NCBI RefSeq assembly: GCF_009914755.1
Contig: NC_060931.1
From: the human T2T-CHM13v2.0 reference genome, Homo sapiens
Direction: 5' to 3' (one strand)
Length of the DNA stretch: 64,000 nucleotides
This document shows, in pieces, positions 41,889 to 57,468 of the stretch. The notes beneath the pieces are model-generated. The model was not told where the DNA came from, did not search any database, and saw only the letters and a program-made list of their open reading frames with translations. Each line of letters opens with the position of its first letter. Position 1 is the first letter of the stretch. The translations under genes were made by a program, and so were the position numbers.

Positions 41889-43343
41889 TCATGGTGCAGA
41901 GGGATGGGGATCCATCTTCTGTAGCTTCTTCAGGCGGAATGGGATGATGACATTCCCTCATAACTATTGGATCTCTTGCATCCAAGGTAGAGAGGAGCTC
42001 AGTCAGAAAGCATTGGTATGGTAAGGGTCATTCATAACTCTGAGTTCCGACAAAAGGTGATATCTGGAAGATTAATAAGTGTCCAATTTAAGAAAGCATT
42101 GAGAAAGCTTGTCTTGCATTCCTACACAGAGTACAAGCACAATATATTCCACAACAGCAAAGCAAAATAAGTAAAATCATTCCAAGTAAACTAAACAGGA
42201 AGGCTTTCCAAGAACTGAGCAGTTGTTGGAACTAAGCTGATATAGGGTCAACTGACAGCACATCAATGGCAGAGATAGGAGTGTCTAAAGCTTTCATAGC
42301 CAGGGTAACATGTGAATAGTATGGAACACACACACAACATTTGGTTTTGATCAAAGCAGAAGTTCCTCTTTGGGCCACTGTTAAAATGTCTAAAGCCATA
42401 CAGTTTTGTAAGGCTCATCTGAGAAGTTTCCTCAGTTAGGAGGGTAAGGGAATGGTATGTATTACTGAAAGCTGCAGCCTGTGCTTGGCTAAGGCTTCAA
42501 CTTGTAACTTGATACTGATTGTAGGTGCCTGTGGGGAAAAAATAGCCATTGGGTAGAATCGCAATGTGGCCCGTTTTTATCACCTATGGTGAGCCTTTAC
42601 AATTTCCCAGTTAGATGGGATAGAGTCCAATTTGGTTTGGTGAGGATATGTTCCAGTAGATAAGGACGACCCCACATACTCCTTCCAGGCAAGTTATAAG
42701 GTAAGTACGGCCAGCCATGAGTTCCACAAGCCCATAATCATCCCCAAGGAGAAGGTTAGGTACCCATTTTTGGCAAATTATGTTGTTATCCCATCCACAT
42801 CTGCTCTGTTAAAAGAAGGGTCTGATTGCATTGTTGAGGTGGCAACCATCCCACATCACGAGTTCCAGTCTGGTGGTGACTATTATTGCGCCTTTCGAAA
42901 CATAGAGGCACTTTGCCTGACACCTGTACTTGAACAGCTGTCATACACCCAAGTCCAACATCTACAGCATAACCTAAAGCTGAGATAGAATTTAGCTGTT
43001 CCTTAATTCGATTTAAAAGGTACCTTCCTGTCTCTCCATAGGAGAGGAAGGGGCTAAGGTCTGTGTGGCTATGATACATAGGAAAAGAGGGACTATGTTT
43101 ATAATGGTCGGTTTCCCAATCATAACAAAATCCCTATAAATTTAGGTTGGCCAGTTGAATATGCCATGGCAATCAGGAAGTGGAAGAAAGTGGCAATTCT
43201 CCACATACCCAACAGTTTGTCTGATTATGTAGAGAGGCTAAAGTCTGTGCCCACTCAGCAAATAAGTTATTCTTGGTATGATTCCAACTTATAACCAAAA
43301 GTAGAAAGCCAATCTATATCTTTATGTTACCCGTCCCTTTCAT
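41889..43343 (-). pseudogene. ERV env pseudogene, EnvR(b)/PABL-like gamma-type envelope
   Basis: Hand translation gives NNLFAEWAQTLASLHNQTNCWVCGELP (CxxC), PLCFERRNN...GWLPPQQCNQTLLL, a decayed furin site (R**KR, ~42571-42585), ISD LQNCMALDILTVAQRGT (~42361-42411) and CX6CC remnant SALIKTKCC. Multiple stops and frameshifts. Confidence 0.88.
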
Positions 43344-43823
43344 TTCTTCTGAACAGAAGCCTTAGATCACTGGTTGGCTCACAGGAACAGGTGGGACCAG
43401 TCTCTCATGTTCCATCTGCCTGTGAAACTTCATAAGAGACAGGTTTGATTTTAGATAAGTGGAATTGCAGTTGGGGTACTAAGGAGAACTTCATAGGATC
43501 CCTTCCATTTTGGGAAATGTTTACGTGCTGGGGATCATTCCTTCCAAGTTTTTAATAGGACCCAATCTCCCATCTGAGCTAACAAGATTCTCTTCCTTAG
43601 TGGAGGAAGGGATTCTTTGATTTCCATATTCAAGGAGTGCATTTTGCATTTGTCCTAAGTTGATTACATAATTTTGTAGCTCGAAAGTATCTGTGTCTAT
43701 CAGGAAATCTGTAGTTGAGAAAGAAAGGCCTTCCATACATTATTTCAAAAGGGCTGAGCAGTAGATTCCCCTTGGGGATGACTTGAACCCATAATAAGGC
43801 TATAGGCAATAAAGACAGCCAGG

Positions 43824-47555
<3,732 letters not shown>

Positions 47556-50500
47556 AAGGCAGCCAGGATTTTTAAGTTTCCTGGCATAGTTTACCCAGAG
47601 TCCTTTTTAGGGTTTGATTGGGTCTTTCTATAATACTTTACCTGAAGACTGTAGCCTTCATGCAGATTGAAGTTGGTACTGAAATTTTAGGGCTGAAGAT
47701 ACATTTTGGATAATTTTCACTGTGAAAGATGGGCCATTATCACTCTGCAAGCTCTTAGGCAGCCCAAATCTAGGAACTATTTCCTTTAATAGGAGTTTAG
47801 AAAACTCAATTGTCTCTTCAGACTGGGTAGGAAAAGCCTTGATCCAACTGGTAAAGGTGTTGATGAATTCTAATAAGTATTTAAACCCTTCACATGGGGG
47901 CATCTGAGTATATTCAATTTGCCAGTCTTCACCAGGGTACATTCCCCTGTGCTGAATATGCCTTAATAAAGGAGGAGGTAAAAATTGGTTATTTGGGTTA
48001 TTCACAGTAACCTGCTTTACTGTTTTAAATAAGCCTCTTCCTATAAAAAGCTGAGACATCAGTTGAAACAGGGAATCTCTTCCCAAATAAGTAGAGTCAT
48101 GTAAATGCTTAACTGTTTTCCACTGATTATCCCCTGGTACCAACAGTTTGTTGTCATTGATAAGACTGCCAGAAGTATCTTGAATTAACCCCTGACCTTT
48201 AACCCATTCTTGTTCCTCTTTAGTATATCTTGGTTTTGTCATCACCATGGCAGAGGGCACTAACATGCCTACAAGTCCAACTGGTTCCTTTAATGCAGCT
48301 GCCTTAGCCGCTGCATCTGCAAAGGAGTTTCCCTTAGCCACACTAAATTATCCTTTGTGATGCCCTCTGCAATGGTTTACAGCTACTTCCTTGGGCAGCA
48401 AAACAGCATCCAATAGATTCAGAATTTCCAAATGATGTTTTACAGGGGAACCCTTAGCAGGTAGGGGTCCCTGCTCCTTTTTGATAGCTGCATGTGCACG
48501 AAACACCAGAAAGGCATACTTAGAATAAGTGTAAATGTTGACAATGAAGTCCTTTCCCAATTGCAGGGCTCTAATAAGAGCTATTAATTCTGCCTTTGGA
48601 GCTGAGGTAGAAGCTGATAAGGCCTTGTGTTGACTGACAACAGCATACCCAGCTTTCCTTTTTCCCTGGTGCACAAAGCTACCTCCATCTGTAAATCATT
48701 CTACCTCAGGATTATCTAGAGGCTCATCCTTTAAATCCAGACTTCTGGAGTAAACTTGCTCCATAACTTGTATACAAGAATGATCTAGGGTGCCTGTGGG
48801 TTCAGGAAAATAAGTAGCTGGATTCAAAATCTGGCATACTTTAAGAGTTGCATCAAGAGTTTCTAGCAACAAAGTGTGATATTTCAATAAATGTCCCCCT
48901 GTCATCCACTGGCATCCTTTAGCTTCTAGGAGTGCTTGTACATGGTGTGGGGTTAAAACCTCCAGCTGTTGTCCTAAAGCCATTTTATTGGTTTCATCTA
49001 ATAAAAGAGCAGTTGCTGCAACTGCACTAAGGCATCAAGGCCATCCTGAAGTGACATGGTTTTTCACTTGTTTAAAAAACATAGTTTAAAAAACTATGCC
49101 AGTGGTTGGGAGATATCTTCCAGTTTCTGGACAAGGATGTGTAGGGCATTTCCTAGTTTTTCAGCCACATAAAGAAAAAATGGCTTATCAAGATTAGGGA
49201 TCCCTAGGGCTGGAGCTGATCCCAATTTCTTTGAGAGCATTAAAAGCTTGTTTACAATTGCTATCCCATTCAAAAGGATCTATGTCTGCTCCTTTCAGGG
49301 CCTCGTATAAAGGCTTTGCTATGTGCCCAAGTACAGGCACTCACAAATGGCAAAATCCTGCCATTCCTAGGAAATCCTGCAGCTGCTTTCTAGTTTGGGG
49401 TTCTGGAATGTTCAAGATAGCTTCCCTTCATTCTGGTGCTATTTCCTGGGTACCAGGGGTTAGGACATATCTTAAGTATTTAACCTCTTGAGTTGAAATC
49501 TGGGCCTTATGTGGTGAGACCCTATACCCATTAGCTCCCAGAAAATTTAGCAATTTAATGGTATTTTTGGCTGAGTCTCTTTTGGTTGTATTAGCAACCA
49601 ACAAGTCAGCCACATATTGGGTAATAGCACCCTTATTTAATTGTAACATCCTTAATTCTCTAGCCAATTTATTTCCAAACAGATGAGGACTGTCCCTAAA
49701 CCCCTGGGGAAGAATTGTCCAAGTTAATTGAGAAACCAAATGACTGTCAGAATCAGTCCATTTAAACACAAACACGAATTGTGAATCAGTGTCTACTGGA
49801 ATGCAAAAAGAGGCATCCTTAAGATCTAAGACTGTAAACCAATCAGCATCCCCAGAGACCTGGGCTAACAGTATGTAGGGATTGGGCACTATAGGATGTA
49901 TGAGAATGACAGCTTCAATGACAGCTTGAAGATCTTGAACAAATCTGTAGTCTCCATTCAACTTCTTCACTGGCAAGACTGGCATATTACAAGGAGACTC
50001 ACAGGGCCTTAACAACCTGAATTGCAAAAACTTAGCCATTAATGGTTGTCTTTTTCAAGGGATGGGGCACCAGGCTTAAATTGGATGTAAACTGGAGGAA
50101 CGTTTAATGCTTTGCCTAGAATCTCAATATCCCATACTGTAGAATTTACTTGGGAGGCTACTTCAATAAGTAAACTAGGCAAGTCCCCTATTGACTTTCT
50201 TCCCTTATCGTAGGAAAGAAGAAGAGCAATCCCTCATCTGCCTTTTGATTTTCAAAAGATAACACTGCATCTGGGTCAACAAATGCCTTCCCAACAGGTG
50301 GTGGGGCATTTGGGCATGATAACAAAGGCATGTGAGAAAAACCAAGATCCCTGAAGAGCAGCTTAAAGGACAGGTAAGATGATGTCTTTGAGCTTGTTCA
50401 TCTATCTGCATGATCATACAGTTTTGGGGTGACAGAGGCCCTTTATAATGGGTCAAAACAGAGTAAGCAGCTCCTGTATCCAGAAGGATGTTAATATTTT

Positions 50501-50587
50501 TACTGCCACATCAAGGGTTACTCAAGCACCCTCCAGAGATATGGCTAGTTGTCCAATGGGAGCTGTGGCAGAAGGTCTTGGGCCCCA

Positions 50588-52137
50588 TCACTCTTGGGCT
50601 TATTTGGACATTTTGGTCATCATTGGTTTAGGTGCTGATGATGCCCTTCAGGGCTCTGGAGAGTCCCTCTTCCAATGGCCAGTTTTATTACAGTATGCAC
50701 ACTGATTTATGCCCAAGGCATGGTGACTGGGATGCCCAGCTTTGGGCTTTCCAACCTTTCTCCTTCCCTTGGTCAGGCCAAGAGCCAGAAGGGCAACCCC
50801 ATGTGGGAGGTGAGCTGAAGGCTGCAGCCAACAGCTGCACCTTGTGGGAGGTCCATCTTGCTCTTTCTGCTTCCTCTGTTTGTCCCTGTTATTAAAAACT
50901 AAAAATGCCACATTGAAAAGCTGTCCCATAGGCATCTGAGGACCCATAGCTGCTTTTTGTAGTTTCCTAATGATATCAGGGGCAGACTGGGTTATAAAAT
51001 GTACTCCCAAAAGGATTTGTCCTTCCCTTGAGACAGTTTCAGTTTTAGTATATTTCCTGATGGCCTCAACTAAACACCCTTGAAACAAAGCTGGATTCAC
51101 ACCTTTACCCTGAGAAACCTACTTAAACTTTTCATAATTAACAGGCTTTTTCATACATTTCTTCATATCTTCTAACAAGTGACCATATGATCTCTCTTCC
51201 CCAAGTTCTCACTGCCCCTTTGATAGTTCCATCTTCTATCTTGATCTGGAACTGCTACATCTCCTGCCTGATATATATTATGGTTAGGCTTATAAGCCAA
51301 TACTTCTTCTGCATGGGTCCTAGCTGTTCCCAAAATGTGTTGTTTCTCTTGTACTGTACAACACAGAGACAACAAAACATGCAGATCTTGCCAAGTGAAA
51401 CTATAGGTCAGAGTTCATTTCTCAACCCGATTTATAAATTTTCCTGGACCTTCAGAGAAATGACCAAACTCTTTACATTCAGCCAAATCAGACATAGTAA
51501 AGGGGACTTGTACTCTTACAGTGTCTTCTTCCCTTTTTGCCACCTCTCTAAGTGGACAAAGATTTCCTTTTGGAAGTTTATAAGAGGCTCCACTACAAGT
51601 AGTACTCACAAGGCTAGGTATAGAGTGGGGTTAGGAGTAGGGACAAAGGGTTCTCAGTAGAACTTTCATGTAGACTAGAAGGAGAAAGGGCTGATACATC
51701 TGAACTTTCAGAGCTGAAAGAAGGAAGTTCTTCTCCACACAAAAATGCCCTCTGATCTGGGGAGATGGGGAGGGGGAGGCTTGCACCAAGGGATCATCTA
51801 GTATGTCTAGTTCTTTTTCTTTCTTTCTTCTCATCAAACATGCACACACCTGCTGCAGGGTTTTATCTTGACTGAGCAGCAAAAACGGTTGAACATATGG
51901 TATTTCATCCCATTTTCCCTCCCACTTACAAAACAAATCTAGTTGAAGTATAGTATTAAAGGTCATGGGTCCAGCAGGAGACTATTTTTCTTGTTTTCCC
52001 AAATAATACCGAGGCCAAACAGTATTACATAGAAACACCAGTTTTCTCTTCTTAAACCCATTTAATTTAAACTGGTCCCAATGTTCAATAATATATCCTA
52101 GTGGTGAGTCCTTTCAAATCAATGCTGTGGTTTCCAT
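50588..52137 (-). pseudogene. ERV gag pseudogene
   Basis: METTALI*KDSPLGYIIEHWDQF...FNTILQLDLFCKWEGKWDEIPYVQ (class I matrix), HFITQSAPDIIRKLQK (capsid) and zinc knuckle CAYCNKTGHWKRDS. TGA gag stop at 50588-50590 is in frame with pro. Confidence 0.92.
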
Positions 52138-53149
52138 AAAGGAGGCAGGTAATGTTGAAAGAAAAGTTCCAAACCTGTGAAATCGTATTGCCATTGGCTG
52201 AGCTCCAATAGAAAAGATAAGAGAGATTTTTAAGGCCAGCTGCATTAATGAGGGGATTCCTGCCAAAAATTGAATTATTTTATTCACAGTATCTGAATAA
52301 TATAAATGAGCTGAGCCATGAGTCTTAGATATATCATAACATGGAATCCAACAAAATAAACGTTGAATAAGGCAAAGGAAATGAAGAGGGTGTAGATGGG
52401 AACGACCAGGGCAAGCAGGTTCTGGGCAATAGTGGCAGTGTGGATTGGACAAGCAAAGCCAATTTGCCCAAATCCAAGAAAGGAAAGAAGTGTCTAAATG
52501 AAACAAAACAGCAAGAAGAAAATTCCCCTGATTTCCATCCTAATGCTTCTAGATCACATCTGCAACAAAACGTAACCACATATATCTAAACTTATTGCTC
52601 ATAGTTGTTAAATACCAAATCTCAATCAGCAATTTTAGAGACAGAGCCTTCAATGCTTTTTGTTCACAATGTTTCACAAGCAAACAGATGGAAATTGGGA
52701 GGCCCACTGGAGAAGAGTAAGTTAAAATCCCAAAGACCAGTTAAATGAAGTCTCCTGAAAATGACAGTGAAACTGAGACAGTGACCAAGAAATTTATTCA
52801 GGCAGCCAACAGGACAAGCAAGATTAATACAAAGAGCATAGCCGTTAACATCCCATGGTGCCAAACTCGTTTTTCGCTGAGAGGGATTTTAATGAGAGGG
52901 ACATCTAACCCCCTAAATCTTAGGAACGACTCTAACCTTCCTAAGTTGGACCTCAAACCAAGGTTAGTCAAGCATCCTAGCCTTTTATTGAGAGGAGCCT
53001 TTAACCTTCTCTTAGGAGAAACTCTAACTCCCCTAAGTTGGGCCTCTAACCCAATCCACTCCTTTACCCAGGTACCCTACCATTTACCTTAAGTGGGCCA
53101 ATCAGTGCTGTAGTACATTTCCTTTCGGTTGGGGGGTTTCTTCAGTATT

Positions 53150-53168
53150 GTCTTTTCAGGGTTTGCCA
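53150..53168 (-). other. Degenerate primer-binding site, possibly tRNA-Arg
   Basis: TGGCAAACCCTGAAAAGAC lies just inside the 5' LTR and loosely matches the Arg-type TGGCGACCACGAAGGGAC (about 5 mismatches and 1 gap). Confidence 0.45.
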
Positions 53169-53174
53169 GAGTGT

Positions 53175-53989
<815 letters not shown>

Positions 53990-54154
53990 CAATGACAGTT
54001 TTTATGACTTAAAATGTGAATTTGTATTATAAATTTTAAAACCCTAGTAGAAAAAAAAGGTCTTGGACCTATTTTTGCCCCTCAGAGCTGAAGATAATGG
54101 CACTTATAACAAATATTTGTGCAAAAAAAAAATATATATATATGAAAAACACAC

Positions 54155-54850
54155 AGGGGAATTCCAATTTTCTGTCCAGCATATAAAGAGTCTGAAGTCA
54201 TCACTTTCATCCTCACAACAACAACAAAAATCTGAACAAATTGAAAATCAACCACTCTTCTTAGATCCTGCAGAGAGCTGAGGTCACAGGGCAAACTATT
54301 GCTCCCAACATTTGAGAGAGAGACAGGTGAATACAGAAAATCACGGCTTACCTGAGAAGAAGCCCAGGAGCCACTAGAGTTAGTACAAGAGTAGGAAAAC
54401 TTAAATTGTAATTGAAAAAACTGCTAGAACCTAAGTATGAACTAGCGTGAGAGTCAAAAATTTGGTGAGGAAGCAGTCTTAAGGGGGTCTCCGTGCTATT
54501 ATGAGTTTTACCTCCAAGAGCCCAATGAGATTTCAACAGTAAAAATTAGAGAAAAATCCTCTTGTGTTTCTAGAAGGGGGAGGGGAAAAATAGCCATTTT
54601 GAAATATGCCCAGAGTGTTCTGTTCTACTTAAAGAGATCTGTACTCAAGAGAAACTATTTTACCAGAGACTAACCCACAGGGGTTTTACCAGACAATAAT
54701 TTTACCAGACAAAAAGTGAAAAACAACAAGGAAGACAAAATAAAGACAACGAAGAAAATTTTACTTTCTATCACCTACAGCTACAACAAACAATAAACAC
54801 AGTCTAACTCTCAGACAGATAAACATAAAACCTCACCCTATAGGCTTATT
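54155..54850 (+). mobile_element. Old L1 (L1M/L1MD-like) 5' region fragment
   Basis: ctgaacaaattgaaaatcaaccactcttcttagatcc...gaggtcacagggcaaact is an L1M 5'-type motif. Confidence 0.7.
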
Positions 54851-55015
54851 TACATCCATCCCCTGAACTCCATAGAAATTTGAATAGTTGAAATGAGTTG
54901 AATGAGGCAGTTTAGGCTTGAAGACAAAGGAATAATAGGCAGGCACAGACAGGGAAAGCAAAATAGCACTGTTAATCTGCTTGGTGATAGTAGGTCAAGA
55001 ATTCTTGGGTCTGGT

Positions 55016-55324
<309 letters not shown>

Positions 55325-55724
55325 CAGGATTCCTGGGTCTGGCAATGAGACATTCACTTGAAGTGTGCTATCTTCATCACTTCTCCCGACATAGGGTTTT
55401 GATTTGTTTATTTTCCAGTGGTGTCTGCCCAAGATTCATAATTATAATCCCTGAGCTAGGGTTAGTCCCCCATGCATCATTAAGAAGTACCATTTCTCTG
55501 TGCTGAGAGAAATTGTGTTAAAGTAAATGGGGCTTTTTTTCCACCTGAACTTTTCTTTCTTCATAGTTAAAAAAGTTCAGTTTTTATATAAGGTAGAACA
55601 ATTAATGGAGTTTTTAAAAAAATATGGTATCAATATGGCAGGGAGGTTGAATTAAGTATGGGCATTGGAGATAGACTTTGGTTCTAACTTCGGATCCCTA
55701 TCACCTTGGGACTATTTCTTTATT

Positions 55725-56130
55725 GCTCTGTGCTGAGCATTTCTGTTTGTCTCCTTCTCATACATTCTCCACCCTTCTATGTCTTGAGCTGGGCCAAGGG
55801 AAATTACCTCTACAGAGTATACCAGCCCAACCCTCTTGCCCTTTGGCTTTCCAGTTGGGTTGATGAATGGGAAGCATCAGCAGGACTGGGTGGTGGGAAG
55901 AGAGAGAGGAAGGAGTATTTCTTCCTCCTGCTCCTTCCCTGCCTGGCCATGGCTTGGGCAGTCCCTGAGTTCTTGGATAGCTCCATATCCCACTGGAGCC
56001 CCTCTGATTGTTCCTTCAGGCTAGAGGGACATAGGTAGTCCCTCGGTACTGCCCCATCCCTTGGTAATTCCCTTGCTTCTACCCAATTTGTAGGCAAGCA
56101 GAGTGGGATTCAGAGAAGTTCTGTGTCTGC
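55725..56130. mobile_element. LTR33-like ERVL LTR
   Basis: cttgccctttggctttccagttgggttgatgaatgggaagcatcagcagga...gtatttcttcctcctgctccttccctgcc. Confidence 0.65.
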
Positions 56131-56845
56131 TCAAGAGCACACAGCCTAGATTCAAATCCATTCCTGTTTGATTCTGGAGCCCTTGCTTAAACTCTTTTGC
56201 TGTATTACTTCCCAATTCTTTGGAGACTGTTAAGCTGCAGTAAACACCAGAAAGGCCTTGAGATTATTCATTTTTATATTTTTCTAGCTATATAGAACAG
56301 TGAAAAAAATAAAAATTCTAATGCCAAATCATTACAATTTATAGTCACATTTTCACAGTAGATCTTTTTTGGTTGTCTCTCTCATTGTAGACAGATTATT
56401 TGTATCCTGTGAGATTTTATTTTGTATTATCTATCAATACCTAAGATATGATGTTTAGAATGTTATGGAATGTCATAATTTCATGTTATATATCAGGAAA
56501 ATATCTGTCTGATAGAAGGGTGACCAAAATCAGGAGGGCTGCATGACCAGATAAATTAAGTGAAGCCTGATCAGTAAGGAGGGAGCAGCTTTCTGCTTTA
56601 GTTTTTTGGGCCAGTCAACATGTTAACTAGGCTTTAAAAAATGAATTTAAAAAATTAACAGTGCCGTGTTAAAAATTACAGCTTTTAGCTTTGGGAAATA
56701 TTTCTATCTATTCAGGATTTGGTTTTGGCTGAGAGAAACCACTTTGCTCTAGACATTAACTTCAGCTAGCTCATGAGAGGGCAGGGCTTTGCCAACTGGA
56801 GGAGATTAGAGCTCCTAATAGCCACTCCGTGTTCCTGGGTGGGGG

Positions 56846-57008
56846 CTTCTTCTTCTTCTTTCTTCTTCTTCTTTCTTCTTCTTCTCCTTCTCCTTCTCCT
56901 TCTCCTCCTCCTCCTCCTCCTCCTCCTCCTCCTCCTCCTCCTTCTTTTTCTTCTTCTTCTTCTTCTTCTTCTTCTTCTTCTTCTTCTTCTTCTTCTTCTT
57001 CTTCTTCT

Positions 57009-57043
<35 letters not shown>

Positions 57044-57090
57044 TCCTCTTTCTCCTTCTCCTTCTCCTTCACCTTCTTCTTCTTCTTCTT
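56846..57090. repeat. Compound (CTT)n/(CCT)n microsatellite including pure (TTC)28
   Basis: Pyrimidine-only except one A at 57071. Uninterrupted TTC run 56948-57031. Confidence 0.98.
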
Positions 57091-57111
57091 GCTTAGTTTA
57101 TGTGTGGTGTC

Positions 57112-57468
57112 TGTAGTAGTCTGTTCTCATGCTGCTAATAAAGACATACCCAAGACTGGGTAACTTATAAAGGAAAGAGGCTTAATTAACTCACAGTTCT
57201 ACGTGGCTGGGAAAGCCTAACAATCATGGTGAAAAGCAAAAGGGAGACAAGACACATCTTACATGGCAGCAGTCAAGAGAGCATGTGCAGGGGAGCTCTC
57301 CTTTATAAAACCATCAGATCTCATGAGATTTATTCACTATCATGAGAATAGCATGGGAAAACCCACCCCCATGATTCAATTACCTCCCAATGGGTCCCTC
57401 CCATGACACATGGGGATTATTACAATTCAAGGTGAGATTGGGTGAAGACACAGAGCCAAACCATATCA
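57112..57468 (-). mobile_element. THE1 (THE1B/C-like) solo LTR
   Basis: tgtagtagtctgttctcatgctgctaataaagacataccc...gacacagagccaaaccatatca. Confidence 0.93.

Noticed and set aside
42786-43079. Domesticated syncytin-like env
   Set aside because: Only a 97-aa open piece survives. The signal region, furin site and TM carry stops and frameshifts.
56773-57116. Poly-Leu, poly-Lys/Glu and poly-Ser/Pro ORFs
   Set aside because: They are translations of the CTT/CCT microsatellite.
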